Origin: an uncultured Nitrospiraceae bacterium | Lineage (GTDB): Bacteria > Nitrospirota > Nitrospiria > Nitrospirales > Nitrospiraceae | Direction of reading: 5' to 3' | Assembly: GCA_963730935.1 (NCBI GenBank) | Contig: CAVSTP010000003.1 | Location: forward strand, 96,001-160,000 | DNA length: 64,000 nucleotides | In this document: in pieces, positions 9,356 through 20,643 of the stretch | Layout: the number at the start of each line of letters is the position of its first letter | How positions within the stretch are numbered: the first letter of the stretch is position 1 | Notes under the pieces: generated by a model | Seen by the model: only the letters and a program-made list of their open reading frames with translations | Database searches by the model: none | What the model was told of the DNA's origin: nothing | Position numbers and translations under genes: made by a program

Positions 9356-10849
9356 TTAACGCCACTCCACAGTTCCGAATCCCGTTTCTCCGAGGAACAC
9401 GTACATCAGGCTGACCATTCCGACTGTTTGATCCTTATACTCGATATTGGGATACTTCGCGTCCCGATGCGACTGGGCATACCGCACTGCCACTCCGTGA
9501 CGGTCGTAGACCCGCACCGTCAGGGACGAATCACCGCGCACAATATTCTCCCATCCGTCTTCTGAGGATAGAGCGTTGCTGACATAATACTCACGGCCGG
9601 TGAGATCGATCATTAGTCTATTGCCGAACATGAGGCGAAGGGAGAGCAAGGCATGAGGGGTCACTCCATAGTGATAGTCACGTTCACCCGTCTGCTCGAT
9701 ACTGCCAGCTGCGCCATAGCCTGCCCCAGCGAGGGCCGTCCCTTGTAGTGCCACCGTCTGCGATAACCACGTCTGCCAGGTTGTTCCAAGCGACAGGGCC
9801 GTATTCGAGACACGGAACACTTGCGGAGAGATGTAATCGTAATTTCCGTAGAGTCCCCATATCCCCCGCGTGGATTCACCGGACGCGTAGGTCGCCCCCA
9901 GAAGAAGCCCACGAGTGTTGATGCTTTCCAATGCATTGGCGGTGACCGCAGTGACATGAAAGTCAAAATAATCGAATGGGCGACTGTAACTGTAGCCTGG
10001 CTTGCCAGGGAGACCGTAACTAAAGGTGAAGTCTGCCACGGCCCCCGTCTCTTCTACCGCAGATGAGACGTTCCTGCTGCTCGAAGAGATCGTTCCTCCT
10101 GCCTGTAAGCGCATGAAAGTGGCGGGCGTGTGGCTTGGAAACACGGCGTCGAACTTATCGCCGAAGACCAGGCGATTGAATCCCGTTGGGGGGGAGATAA
10201 GCGCTGCGCCGAGTTCTCGCCAGAAACCGGGTCTTCCGTCGCTGTCCTCGAGCAAGAGGCTGGCCATCCGGAAGAAAGGCTCTCCCAAAAAAGTGCCCCC
10301 AATCGACGTCGCAATCATGTCGTTAATGGAAGGATTCGTCGTCTCGCCCGCTATTTCCCAGACAAAACTTCCGGCGGCACTGTAGAGGAACGATTCCCAG
10401 AAGTTCAGCCCGGACGATCTGGCGATACCGTAATAGATGCTTCCACCATAGGGATGAAGGAACTGATTAACCTTGAATTGATCATTATCGATGACCCACT
10501 TCGAGTTGGTGAGATTTTTCCAGATCGTGTCTCCGTTCGTTTGGTAATCGGACTTCGGCTCGACAAAATTGCGGTCGAATAGATTCAGCAAGAATTCGTA
10601 TAACAAGATCTCGCCGGCAGGAAGGAGGTAACTCCGGCCGGCCCCGGTCTCCCAATCAAGCTTTTCATTATGCCAGTCACGAGCTATACGAACAATTGTG
10701 TATGGTTCGTCTTTCTTCGCAGACGAGGTGTCATAGAGCAACGGCTCGAAGGGTGATGGTGGGCCTTGCACAGGTGCAGCAGCAGGGGAAGACTCTGCGG
10801 CATGACCTTGGACGGCTAGGGGAATAGAAAGGAGCACCAGAAGAAACAT
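9356..10849 (-). CDS. DUF3943-domain probable outer-membrane protein
   Basis: Signal peptide; DNDQFKVNQFLHPYGGSIYY, WEIAGET, PSINDMIAT; beta-rich C-terminus; ORF is open to 10954. Confidence 0.75.
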   Translation of the reverse strand: MFLLVLLSIPLAVQGHAAESSPAAAPVQGPPSPFEPLLYDTSSAKKDEPYTIVRIARDWHNEKLDWETGAGRSYLLPAGEILLYEFLLNLFDRNFVEPKSDYQTNGDTIWKNLTNSKWVIDNDQFKVNQFLHPYGGSIYYGIARSSGLNFWESFLYSAAGSFVWEIAGETTNPSINDMIATSIGGTFLGEPFFRMASLLLEDSDGRPGFWRELGAALISPPTGFNRLVFGDKFDAVFPSHTPATFMRLQAGGTISSSSRNVSSAVEETGAVADFTFSYGLPGKPGYSYSRPFDYFDFHVTAVTANALESINTRGLLLGATYASGESTRGIWGLYGNYDYISPQVFRVSNTALSLGTTWQTWLSQTVALQGTALAGAGYGAAGSIEQTGERDYHYGVTPHALLSLRLMFGNRLMIDLTGREYYVSNALSSEDGWENIVRGDSSLTVRVYDRHGVAVRYAQSHRDAKYPNIEYKDQTVGMVSLMYVFLGETGFGTVEWR

Positions 10850-11689
10850 CCGTTGCACTTTCCTGCTTGTCCGGCATGGGTGGACAGGTGAGAGGTCTCG
10901 TCTCTTGAGCATTGTGTAGTTCATGCGACGGCGCGGTTCCCCAGCCTGCTTCAAGCGGTCAGGGACCTAACATATTTCGCTCATCTCATTATCGATGAAT
11001 CTTTGAAATGGGTGCCAGACCCAGGTCCTACATTGCACGCTGAAGAAACAGACAGGATTAATTCTATCTTCTTTCGATTGTACGACAGTGATCGTAGATG
11101 AATGGACACTTATGTAGGCCACGGCATAGAGTAACTGCTCGTTTTCTAACTCGAAGGCCCTGGTAGGTAGGCCGCCTGGGAGGTAATTTCCTGTCGCCAG
11201 GGTGGCCAGGGGAATACGTGCATTCATCCCCATTACTCTACGTAGAAACCATCTCCTACCTAAGATAGGTTGTCGCTTTTTGCGCATTCGACTAGGCTGA
11301 ACACTGGTATATCTCGTTCTAAAAGGTGGTGGATGGTGATTCACGGACTACAGACATTTTCGGCGGGGATTCCGGGTCAAATCGGTCACGCTATTGGATA
11401 TTTTCGACAGTGGCTTTCTTCCTCGGCAAGCACATTGCCACTTCCAAAAAGAACGCGCATCCCATTGAGGTCCAAGCATGCAGGTCACTGTATGTGGCGA
11501 CGTGTGGCTCGCCAGCGATTGAGCGACCATCTGTTAGGCTGGCTGGGTTGGTATCCATGGCAATGCAAAGGATGCCAAACCCGCTCCTATTTTCGTGTAC
11601 GCTTCTGACTTTCTATGCACGATGCTGACAGCTGTTTCCAGGCATCGTTGATGTTTGGCTCTTTTGATTAGATCCGAGACAACCTCGCT

Positions 11690-11953
11690 TCACCACCATT
11701 GCTGATAGTCCCCTCGATTTACCAACTCGGCGCAGTGGTCCAACAGCACGATAAGGCAAGCCTCAAATAGTTTACTGTCTCCCTGTACAAATGCTTCATC
11801 CATGGACGTGATGGACTCATGGATTTGAACGCAGCTAGCCAACTCAGGCGGCATCCCATTGATCCGTCTCAATGCCGACTGCCATGCCCGTTCCCAGTCT
11901 GGACCAGTCCATTTGGTTGGCTCGTTCTTCGGACAATTCCACCTGTTCTGCAT
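11690..11953 (-). CDS. Hypothetical helical protein ending in WW
   Basis: GAAGGAGG RBS; paralogous fragment at 5599-5754 supports coding status. Confidence 0.65.
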   Translation of the reverse strand: MQNRWNCPKNEPTKWTGPDWERAWQSALRRINGMPPELASCVQIHESITSMDEAFVQGDSKLFEACLIVLLDHCAELVNRGDYQQWW

Positions 11954-12247
11954 TGGCCCTCCTTCAAACAGACACGCAAAAATTATTTCAAACCCAGCGA
12001 TGATACCGAGACGGCGTGACACGCAAGTCACGCCCCTGTAAGGGCGGTGTTAATTGACGGGAAACTGTTTGTAAGGTCTTTTCTTGTCTAGGCGTAGTGG
12101 CTGGCCTACGGTCTGGCAGCAGATGCCCTTGCCTGACAATTTGCTGTCAGTTTTATCAGTGGATATCGGACTTCTCGTTCTTTAAGATGCCGTCTCTTAT
12201 ACATCCTTAGGACGTGAGGGGCGTTTAATGAAAATTCAACACGCATC

Positions 12248-12829
12248 ATGGTAGCCGTTACTTCGGTATTGTGTTTCCTCTGGCTCTCCATGGCAGCTAA
12301 TGCAAATGATGATGTCTTAACTGTGGGGGTACAGCAAATCAGCCTCACCGCTGGACCGGTCTCTCCATTGCGCTTAACTCCGGCACAGTCATCCAAATTG
12401 TTTGGGGAACAAACGACCGTGAGTTGGGCGATGACCATCACGGAGCCGCGGGGTAAAGGGGTCTTCGACGGTGCGCTGTCTCTAGGTGTCGAAGCAGTCT
12501 TCTTCCATACAAGGCGGCCCGCAGAAAGCTATAACGTTGGAGCTATGCCGTATTTACGGCATGTCTTTGGAAGTCGTGCGGTCGTTCGACCCTATCTCGA
12601 AGGTGGCGGCGGAGGAATATGGGGTACACTGGCAGGAACACCAGAACAGGCATCGGATATGAATTTTCTCCTCATGGCAGGCGCGGGGCTGTCATGGTTT
12701 TTTTCTCCCCACGCTGCGGTGTCTCTGGGCTATCGGTTTTATCATATTTCAAATGGCGGATTGGGGAATCCCAATAGCGGACTGAACTACAACTATCCAT
12801 TCATTGGCCTGTCGTATCTTCACTTCTAG
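12248..12829 (+). CDS. PagL-like lipid A 3-O-deacylase (acyloxyacyl hydrolase family)
   Basis: Signal peptide; RPYLEGGGG; YHISNGGLGNPNSGLN catalytic His-Ser motif; C-terminal Phe. Confidence 0.85.
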   Translation: MVAVTSVLCFLWLSMAANANDDVLTVGVQQISLTAGPVSPLRLTPAQSSKLFGEQTTVSWAMTITEPRGKGVFDGALSLGVEAVFFHTRRPAESYNVGAMPYLRHVFGSRAVVRPYLEGGGGGIWGTLAGTPEQASDMNFLLMAGAGLSWFFSPHAAVSLGYRFYHISNGGLGNPNSGLNYNYPFIGLSYLHF

Positions 12830-13051
12830 CAACTGCGGCCAGTCAAAAACGGGTCAAATCTACCGCAATCTGAAAGTTGATCTGCATGCTACTTGCTCCG
12901 ACATGATTGGTCGTGCGTAGTCAGTCACAAGTTTAATGGCTAGTCCGCTTTCCCCCTAGGCAACTCCTGAAGGTCTTTTCCTAATAGCGGCGCTGGACGC
13001 TGATCGATCTAGTTGCGACGCCCTTGAAGAGAACGTGGTATGTCGGCCTAT

Positions 13052-13909
13052 CTATAAGGAAAGAGTGGTACGGAGCGACGAGGCCAAACCGAATCGTGAG
13101 AGGGCAAAGATCAGCCATTTCGAGGGGTCGAAGTTATACCAACGAGGACCGTTCCGATAGTCCGCTTGGTTGGTATGGTGATAGTTGTGGTAGCCTTCGC
13201 CAAATGTGATTAGCGAAACCCACCAGCTATCCCGACTGGAATCCGCCTGACCATGAGGTTGACGGCCCCACAGATGGCAGATCGAATTGATGCAAAAGGT
13301 CGAATTGAGTACGGCGAAGGTGCGGCCGATGCCGGCGAGCAGGAAACACCCCAGGCCGCCGATCCAACCGTTATGGAGGAAGCCAACCACAAACGTGAGA
13401 GCGAGTCCTGAGAGGACTAAGGGAAGATAGAAGTGATGCTGCCACATCGCGACCGGATCTTGCTGTAGGCGGCTTGCGTATTTCTGATCCGCATGGACTT
13501 TCTTGAAAAACAACCATCCACAGTGGCTGTACCAAAATCCCTGCTGCGCGTTGTAGGGGTCCTGCTCTTGGTCGGTGTGGGCGTGGTGGCGGATATGGTC
13601 TGCCGCCCACTTGAGCGCAGAGTTTTGGAGCGCCCACGCGCCGGCAACTAAGAACCCAGCCTTGACCCAATTGGGGCAAGCGAAGCTACGGTGGGCCATC
13701 AGACGGTGGTAACCGACCGTAATGCCCAATCCAGTCACGACATACAGCAGCCCGAACATGGTCCAGTCCAGCCACGTGTAGCCGTAAAGCATTGCGAAGG
13801 CGGGGACTCCGATCAACGCGCCAACAGTTATCAGGCCGAACAGTATCATCGCTATATAATCAGGGTAGGCTCGCCTAAGTTCTGTCGATAATGGTGCGGT
13901 GTGTCTCAT
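13052..13909 (-). CDS. Delta-9 acyl-CoA/acyl-lipid desaturase
   Basis: His boxes HRLMAH, DHIRHH, GEGYHNYHH; FDPSKW. Confidence 0.93.
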   Translation of the reverse strand: MRHTAPLSTELRRAYPDYIAMILFGLITVGALIGVPAFAMLYGYTWLDWTMFGLLYVVTGLGITVGYHRLMAHRSFACPNWVKAGFLVAGAWALQNSALKWAADHIRHHAHTDQEQDPYNAQQGFWYSHCGWLFFKKVHADQKYASRLQQDPVAMWQHHFYLPLVLSGLALTFVVGFLHNGWIGGLGCFLLAGIGRTFAVLNSTFCINSICHLWGRQPHGQADSSRDSWWVSLITFGEGYHNYHHTNQADYRNGPRWYNFDPSKWLIFALSRFGLASSLRTTLSL

Positions 13910-14249
13910 ATCGTTTGTGTCTCGCAGATCTTAAGGTTGGCTGTTGGATGCACGGAGAACAGCAGAAACTAGAGCATCAATCGCGCAGAGACTAGGAATG
14001 AAGGAGGGAGGGCGCGAGGGATAAGATAGTACTGGAGTTCAAACTAGGTATCACCCTAGCACACCTTCCCTGAATATAGATAGCAAGTCATCAATTCGGC
14101 ACACAATCAACTGTTTGTGAGCCACTTCCTTGGGCAGCAGGCCTCGGATTGGCGACCATGGCCAAGCTTTGGCAGAACTAGCGTGCTCGATCGTGTTTGA
14201 GCGGTGTTCCACCTGACTCCAATTCATCTGTAAGCGTTTGAGAGAACCA

Positions 14250-14271
14250 CCTGGTAGCAGCCTGGTAGCAG
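14250..14271. repeat. 11-bp tandem repeat (CCTGGTAGCAG)x2
   Basis: Read directly from the sequence. Confidence 0.8.
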
Positions 14272-14288
14272 AATGGATTCTCGTGAAA

Positions 14289-14456
14289 TCATTGAGAGGG
14301 ATTTGCGGGAGGATGATCGATTTTGCTTAGCACTTCGTTGCAATAGTGTTTGACGAGCAAAGCTTCATCTTGAGTAAGTGGTCGATGTACCGCGATGGCT
14401 GAAAGAAGGCGCTCGCAGGCGCTGATGAACTTTTGAACATCCTCCGAGAGTTTCAT
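14289..14456 (-). CDS. Small helical-hairpin protein (ACExLL family)
   Basis: GGAGG RBS; MKLSEDVQKFISACERLL...LTQDEALLVKHY. Confidence 0.7.
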   Translation of the reverse strand: MKLSEDVQKFISACERLLSAIAVHRPLTQDEALLVKHYCNEVLSKIDHPPANPSQ

Positions 14457-14706
14457 GATCCTCCACGACAAAATGAGGTATCGAAATGTATCCGCACTGA
14501 TTAGAAGGTAGCGGATAGCCTTGGTTCGTGTAAGACCTGAAAGCACTACTTCCGAAGAGGGGAACGCCCCTAATGACTAGTAATAGGGGCCTGACGGGCT
14601 TACTGCCCCCTCCGTCCTAAGTACTTCAAATAAGGGCGGACTGGCCGGGCTATAGTGTCTCGCGTGTAGGCGGTCGCTGATAGACAATTTCCCAGCCTTC
14701 GGTAAG

Positions 14707-15330
14707 ATGCGACCCATGGAAAAACGACGTATGGGGATACCGGGTGTTGGTGGAGCCGGGTGGGGGGAACACATCTGTGCATTCTTCTACACCAAGGACG
14801 AGCTGCTCAAACTGACGGTGCCATATATCAAGGCCGGCTTGGAGGACAACGAATTCTGCATGTGGATCACTGGAGATCCCGTCACCGAGAACGACGCGCT
14901 TCAGGCCTTGGAGCAGGTCTTGCCCGATGCGCACCAATACCTGGTGAATAAACAGTTGGAAATTTTCCCGCACAGCCAATGGTATCTTTTCTCTGGTATT
15001 TTTGACGCTGGGCTTGTTCTTGGTAACTGGCTGTCCAAATCCAAGCATGCTGAGGGGAAAGGTTTTGCTGGTATGCGTATTACTGGGAATCCCTTCTGGC
15101 TCGCGTCTGAACAGGATTGGGAGCAATTCGGAGCCTATGAACAAGCGGTCACTCAAAGCATCCGCGATGAGCGGATTCTTGCGCTGTGCATGTACCCAAT
15201 AGAGATCTGCAAACTCACCCATGTCATGCAAACCTTGTCCTTCCATGGATCGGCGCTAATTGCACGCAACGAAGATTGGCAACGCCACGCCATCCCGTCC
15301 CCAAATACACCACACCTCCCTCTCGCTTAG
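14707..15330 (+). CDS. Stand-alone MEDS sensory-domain protein
   Basis: WGEHICAFF, YIKAGLEDNEFCMWI, GFAGMRITGN, YEQAV, LALCMYP. Confidence 0.88.
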   Translation: MRPMEKRRMGIPGVGGAGWGEHICAFFYTKDELLKLTVPYIKAGLEDNEFCMWITGDPVTENDALQALEQVLPDAHQYLVNKQLEIFPHSQWYLFSGIFDAGLVLGNWLSKSKHAEGKGFAGMRITGNPFWLASEQDWEQFGAYEQAVTQSIRDERILALCMYPIEICKLTHVMQTLSFHGSALIARNEDWQRHAIPSPNTPHLPLA

Positions 15331-15530
15331 ATTGGGGTCGTCCCAGCGATTCCTAATACAGGTTCTCCACGGGACTCTCAATCAGCCGACCGATCCGCCA
15401 CAGTGGAACAGATGACAACCTCTAAGCCGCGGGCCTACTGATTCTAGTGCGTTTCCCAGTATGTCAGCAGGTGAGACCGTGACAATCTCAAGCGCTCTGA
15501 TCTCTTCACTCTGAAAGGAGTCAAAACTCA

Positions 15531-16415
15531 ATGCTGGCGATTAAAATGTCCTTCGTACACTGCACGGGCCTTTTGTGCGTCTTCGTACTGATTGGAGGGC
15601 TCTCTTCCTGCGGGAAGAAGGCCGCACCCTCAGTGCCGCCACAACCGATCGATTTCTCTGCGGCGCTTCAATATGCCCAGCGGGCCGCTCTCGCCTATGA
15701 ACAAGATGCAACTATTCAGAGGCAGAGTGGCACTGATGTCAAAATCAGCATTAGTGGTCCCGTGTCCGCTGGAATGAAGGCCTACGTGGAGTTGAATGAG
15801 GCGAAGCGTGTGCAATGGATCGTCGTGCGCGGTACCTCAAGCCTCGTCAACATTAGATCGGACGTTGATTATAATAAAGTCATTGACTCTCGACTTGGCA
15901 TCCCGCTTCACAAAGGGTTTGCAGATGCAGCGGTTCAGGTGTATCAATTCGCCAAGCCGCTTCTCAAAACGGATTATGAGACTCGAGTCACGGGGCATAG
16001 CTATGGGGGAGCCGCTGCCGCGATCGTCTTAATGCTGCTCAAGGAGGATGGGTTCAAGCTTGGACAGGCGATGACGTTCGGCCAACCCAAAGTCACCAAC
16101 CGTGATGGAGTTCGCAAATATCGCGCGTTGCCGTTGCTTAGATTTGTCAACGCCAAAGATCCGGTGCCCTCACTTCCACCGTTCGAGGTGTTTGCCGTCT
16201 TGGATGAAGGTCCTTATCTGCACTTCGGTCCCGAGGTCGTGGTCGAAGAGGGGGCCAAATACCGTTATTACCCTGAGCATCCGTCGGAAATTGCATCCGT
16301 GTTTTCGTTCTGGGATAATTTGAAGAACCTCAGTATTCAAGATGTGCCCGAACATTTAATGGCTACGTATCTCGCACGGGTCCAGCAAAACGTTCCATCT
16401 GCCACCGGCAGATGA
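15531..16415 (+). CDS. Class 3 lipase lipoprotein
   Basis: Lipobox LSSC; VRGT; HKGF; VTGHSYGG; TFGQP; DPVPSLP. Confidence 0.9.
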   Translation: MLAIKMSFVHCTGLLCVFVLIGGLSSCGKKAAPSVPPQPIDFSAALQYAQRAALAYEQDATIQRQSGTDVKISISGPVSAGMKAYVELNEAKRVQWIVVRGTSSLVNIRSDVDYNKVIDSRLGIPLHKGFADAAVQVYQFAKPLLKTDYETRVTGHSYGGAAAAIVLMLLKEDGFKLGQAMTFGQPKVTNRDGVRKYRALPLLRFVNAKDPVPSLPPFEVFAVLDEGPYLHFGPEVVVEEGAKYRYYPEHPSEIASVFSFWDNLKNLSIQDVPEHLMATYLARVQQNVPSATGR

Positions 16416-17017
16416 GGTGTGCAACGCCTTGAAGCGTGACCAGGCTTCGTCGACTTCCAGCGATCGAATCGTATAGAGGGCTTTGAGCCGGAGTCGGTCA
16501 GAAATACGAAAGTGGGGATAGGTCTAGCGGCAGTCTTCCAGCAAGGACGACAGAAGGCATCAGAATACGCCGAAGCTCACCCACGTAAAAATGAGGGAGT
16601 CACCATGCTTCGGCAGGACCAGTGGAGACATTGAGATATTTATGCGAAGGTAGGCAGAGGAGAACGCTGCGGGGAGGTCAAGCTGCTTTTCGATTACTGG
16701 CTACAACAATATATCCCTCGTCTCTCATTGAAGTGCCACTACATGAATCTAGGCTCGCCCCATATCCATCGCTCATCCGCCAAAGGGCGTCGATTTCAAC
16801 GATAATTGAATAAGCCGGATCCACTTCATTCTTGTAGGTCGAATAGTTGGCTTGACACCAGTTGTTGGACACTACAGTATTCATAATTACTCTCCCCTTC
16901 ATCTCTGCTACATCGAGAAATGATTGATTATTATTAATTTGGCCGGCAAAGAAAACTGGTGGTTCCCCTAGGCACCATTCAGGTCGTTTTTGTGAACAAT
17001 GACTCAGGGAGACACTC

Positions 17018-17668
17018 ATGCAAGCAAGCCGCCCTTTTCAATTCATGGCATGCGCCGAGCTGCGACAAACCCTAGGGGAAGAAGCAGACGACGAGAAACG
17101 GTTGGTCGAATTGCTCGAAACCGTACCACTGGATTCGATCTACTTCCATACCCATAGCTACTTTCTGAGGCACAGTTACGTAGAGCGGATGTACCCGAAT
17201 GATTTCGCACAGTGGGTGGCGATGGAAGTCCGCGACCACGTGTTGGGGGAGCGGCTGTCGGTCATCGATCCATTCGAGTTCACAGAACTCGACGCACTGC
17301 GAGGGGAGCTGATTTCGGTGATCGACGACCATCTGTCGAAGACGCCCATCGTCCCCCGGGTCATCTTCGGCGAGCCGTTCTATTTCAATAAATCGCTCAT
17401 TCTCCAAGTGCCAACCCGCGTGGAAGTCCGGACGCTCCAGGAGTTTCGAAACGCGCTGAGCGAGGTCGAGGTGAGTGCGATCTATTTCCACGTCTTCGAA
17501 GCGAGGCATCGTCTTCGCCATGAAGACAGCGATTTCTCCGCCTGGATTCAGCATAGTCTTGGTATGCCCGAGCTTGCTGACAAACTGCGCACCATCAACC
17601 CTTATCTGGGCAGTCTCGAACGGGTGCGCTCAGCGCTGCTCACGGTGTGCGACGAGTTTTTGACCTGA
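17018..17668 (+). CDS. DUF5752-like protein
   Basis: Internal repeat SIYFH...NDFAQW / SAIYFH...SDFSAW; leads the trehalose operon. Confidence 0.8.
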   Translation: MQASRPFQFMACAELRQTLGEEADDEKRLVELLETVPLDSIYFHTHSYFLRHSYVERMYPNDFAQWVAMEVRDHVLGERLSVIDPFEFTELDALRGELISVIDDHLSKTPIVPRVIFGEPFYFNKSLILQVPTRVEVRTLQEFRNALSEVEVSAIYFHVFEARHRLRHEDSDFSAWIQHSLGMPELADKLRTINPYLGSLERVRSALLTVCDEFLT

Positions 17669-17704
17669 GACCGCATCCACTAGGCAGATGAAGGAATTGG
17701 CGAG

Positions 17705-19378
17705 ATGACAGATTCATTGTGGTTCAAGGACGCCGTCTTTTACGAGCTTCACGTCAAAGCCTTTCATGACGGGAATGGAGATGGGATCGGAGATTTTCGG
17801 GGGCTCATTGAGAAACTCGATTATCTCGAATGGCTCGGCGTGACCTGCCTCTGGTTGCTTCCCTTCTTCCCGTCTCCGCTGCGCGATGACGGGTACGATG
17901 TGGCCAATTACGTCTCGATTGCTCAGGATTATGGATCGTTGGAAGATTTTCGAGAATTCCTCGACGAAGCGCACAGACGGAGAATGCGCGTCATCGTGGA
18001 CCTCGTGCTCAATCACACTTCGGACCAGCATCCATGGTTTCAAGAGGCGAGAAGTTCACCTCAGTCGGCCAAACGCGACCACTACGTCTGGAGCGACACG
18101 GACAAGCGTTATCAGAAAGCACGAATTATCTTTATCGATACCGAGAAGTCGAACTGGACCTGGGATCCCGTAGCGCAAGCCTATTACTGGCATCGATTTT
18201 TTAGTCACCAACCGGATCTGAACTACGATAACCCAGTGCTCCAGCAAGCCATGATGGATGTCATGTCCTTCTGGCTCGATCAGGGTCTCGACGGATTTCG
18301 CTGTGACGCGGTCCCTTATTTGTTTGAGCGGGAAGGCACGATCTGCGAGAACCTTCCCGAAACTCACGCCTATCTGAAGAAAATTCGAAAGCGGATCGAT
18401 GAGGCGTATCAAGGACGGATCCTTCTCGCGGAGGCCAACCAATGGCCTGCCGATGTCCGTCCCTATTTTGGAGAGGGAGATGAGTTTCACATGGCGTTTC
18501 ATTTTCCTCTCATGCCAAGACTCTTCTTGGGAGTGCGGAGTGAGGATTGGCATCCCATTGTCGACATGTTCACGCACACACCACCGATCCCTGACAATTG
18601 CCAATGGTGCTTGTTTTTGCGGAACCATGACGAGCTGACATTGGAAATGTGTGCCGGAGAGGAACGCGATTACATGTACTACGCCTACGCGCGAGATCCA
18701 CTCATGCGGCGGAACATCGGCATCGCGCGGCGTTTGGCACCGTTGTTGGATAACGATCGCCGAAAGATCGAGTTGCTCAACAGCCTGGTGTGTACGCTTC
18801 CTGGAAGCCCGATCATTTACTACGGTGATGAAATTGGCATGGGAGACAATGTCCATCTGGGGGATCGCAATGGTGTCCGGACGCCCATGCAATGGTCTGC
18901 TGACCGAAACGGCGGATTTTCCAAAGCCGATCCCTCGAAACTGTACCTACCGGCCATTTCAGATTCCGTCTATGGCTTCAACGTGACGAACGTCGAATCG
19001 CAACGGCAGTCGCCCCATTCGCTGTTGCACTGGATGCGGCAAATGATTGCGAGGCGCAAACAGCAGCCGGCATTTGGACGAGGAGCGCTGACCTTTCTTC
19101 GCCCGAAAAACGACAGAGTCTTGGCGCATCTACGTGAACATGAGGGAAATCTCTTGTTGCTCGTGCATAACTTGGCGGGATCGGCGCAATCGGTGGACTT
19201 GGATCTGGGAACATTCGAGGGCCGAGTGCCCGTCGAACTCCTCGGTGGGTCGCGGTTTCCTATGATTAGTAAACGCCCCTATGTGTTGAGCTTGGCTCCC
19301 TATGGGTTTTACTGGTTCAACTTGGAACAGAAACCGAGTGACGATTCCTCTTACGGAATGGAAGGAAGTGTCCTGTAG
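17705..19378 (+). CDS. treS: Trehalose synthase (maltose alpha-D-glucosyltransferase, GH13)
   Basis: [57 protein letters not shown]. Confidence 0.95.
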   Translation: MTDSLWFKDAVFYELHVKAFHDGNGDGIGDFRGLIEKLDYLEWLGVTCLWLLPFFPSPLRDDGYDVANYVSIAQDYGSLEDFREFLDEAHRRRMRVIVDLVLNHTSDQHPWFQEARSSPQSAKRDHYVWSDTDKRYQKARIIFIDTEKSNWTWDPVAQAYYWHRFFSHQPDLNYDNPVLQQAMMDVMSFWLDQGLDGFRCDAVPYLFEREGTICENLPETHAYLKKIRKRIDEAYQGRILLAEANQWPADVRPYFGEGDEFHMAFHFPLMPRLFLGVRSEDWHPIVDMFTHTPPIPDNCQWCLFLRNHDELTLEMCAGEERDYMYYAYARDPLMRRNIGIARRLAPLLDNDRRKIELLNSLVCTLPGSPIIYYGDEIGMGDNVHLGDRNGVRTPMQWSADRNGGFSKADPSKLYLPAISDSVYGFNVTNVESQRQSPHSLLHWMRQMIARRKQQPAFGRGALTFLRPKNDRVLAHLREHEGNLLLLVHNLAGSAQSVDLDLGTFEGRVPVELLGGSRFPMISKRPYVLSLAPYGFYWFNLEQKPSDDSSYGMEGSVL

Positions 19379-19407
19379 CGTGCACCACCTATTCTAATGG
19401 AAACACG

Positions 19408-20607
19408 ATGGCTCAAGAATTGGATGAATATCGAGACTATGCGTCGAAAGGCACGGTGGAGTTTTTGTATCGCTTGAGCGATCAGGTCGCAGGGCAAAGT
19501 TTCCTGCATGTCAGCGCAGGGCGTTATGGCGGCGGCATGGCGGAAATCCTCCGACGGCTGGTGCCGATGCTCAATACCCTGGGAATCAATGCGCGCTGGG
19601 AGGTACTTGCAGGGGATCAAGAATTCTTTCAGGCATCCAGACGATTGACGAATTCCCTTCAAGGCCAGGACGATCATCTTACAGAGCAGATGCAGCAGGT
19701 CTATCTCAAGATCAACCAGCGCACCGCACAGAGCCTGAATCTCGAGGCAGATCTGGTGATGATTCATGACCCGCCTCCCGCCGCGTTGATTGAACATCGA
19801 AAGGGCGGGAAGTGGTTGTGGCGCTGTTACCTCGATATCGCCAAACCCAGGCAGCACAGTTGGAGCTTTCTTCGGCGGTTCCTCGTCGAATATGACGCTG
19901 CCATTTTTTCACTGCCGGGTTTTGCGCATCGCCTGCCCATCCCACAGTTCTTGATTTCACCGTCAATTGATCCGTTGAGTGAAAAGAACCGGCCCATGGC
20001 CCGCCTCGAGATGAATCAGATCCTTCAGCGCCTTGGTATCCCGCAGGACAAACCGATTTTGCTACAGTTGGCGCGGTTTGAGTGGTTCAAGGATCCGATC
20101 GGTGCGATCAAGGCCTACCGATTGGTCAAGAAACACCAAGATTGCCGTCTGGTTCTTGCCGGGTCGGGGGTCATGCATGATCCTGAAGGCGAAGCGGTCC
20201 TCGCTGAAGTCCAGGAAGCCGTTGCCGGCGATCCCGACATTCATGTGCTGCAATTGCCTCCCGAAGCGGACCTTGAAATCAACGCACTGCAACGCGCTGC
20301 CACGATCATTATTCAGAAATCGATCAAAGAAGGCTTCAATCTCGCCGCCACGGAAGCCATGTGGAAAGGCAAACCTGTCATCGGGAGCACCGCCGGGGGA
20401 CTTGCGGCACAAATCCTCGATGGAGTGACGGGCTATATCGTCCATTCCGCCGAGGGAGTCGCGTTTAGGGCTAGGCATCTGTTAAATAATCCTTCCTCGA
20501 TTCAGCGCATGGGTGGAGCGGCTCGAGAGCATGTGAGGAGGAATTTTCTCATCACACGTCACCTGAGCGACTATCTGACTCTCATGAAACTGTTCGTCAA
20601 TCGGTGA
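19408..20607 (+). CDS. TreT-like GT4 glycosyltransferase
   Basis: GGGMAEIL, IHDPPP, PSIDPLSEKN, KDPIG, INALQRAA, QKSIKEGF, EAMWKGKPVIG. Confidence 0.88.
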   Translation: MAQELDEYRDYASKGTVEFLYRLSDQVAGQSFLHVSAGRYGGGMAEILRRLVPMLNTLGINARWEVLAGDQEFFQASRRLTNSLQGQDDHLTEQMQQVYLKINQRTAQSLNLEADLVMIHDPPPAALIEHRKGGKWLWRCYLDIAKPRQHSWSFLRRFLVEYDAAIFSLPGFAHRLPIPQFLISPSIDPLSEKNRPMARLEMNQILQRLGIPQDKPILLQLARFEWFKDPIGAIKAYRLVKKHQDCRLVLAGSGVMHDPEGEAVLAEVQEAVAGDPDIHVLQLPPEADLEINALQRAATIIIQKSIKEGFNLAATEAMWKGKPVIGSTAGGLAAQILDGVTGYIVHSAEGVAFRARHLLNNPSSIQRMGGAAREHVRRNFLITRHLSDYLTLMKLFVNR

Positions 20608-20643
20608 CGACAACCGGCATATATCGGATGCGCCAAGGGATCT

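Noticed and set aside
10967..11628. Overlapping ORFs of 60-125 aa
   Set aside because: Mutually overlapping, with atypical composition and no recognisable domain
16420..17017. ORFs and an AT-rich tract upstream of the trehalose operon
   Set aside because: Most likely promoter DNA; no coding signal, and the IHF-like match is imperfect
18056..18892. 278-aa antisense ORF (also 46738-47595 and similar long overlaps)
   Set aside because: Antisense shadows of well-supported genes, with no motifs
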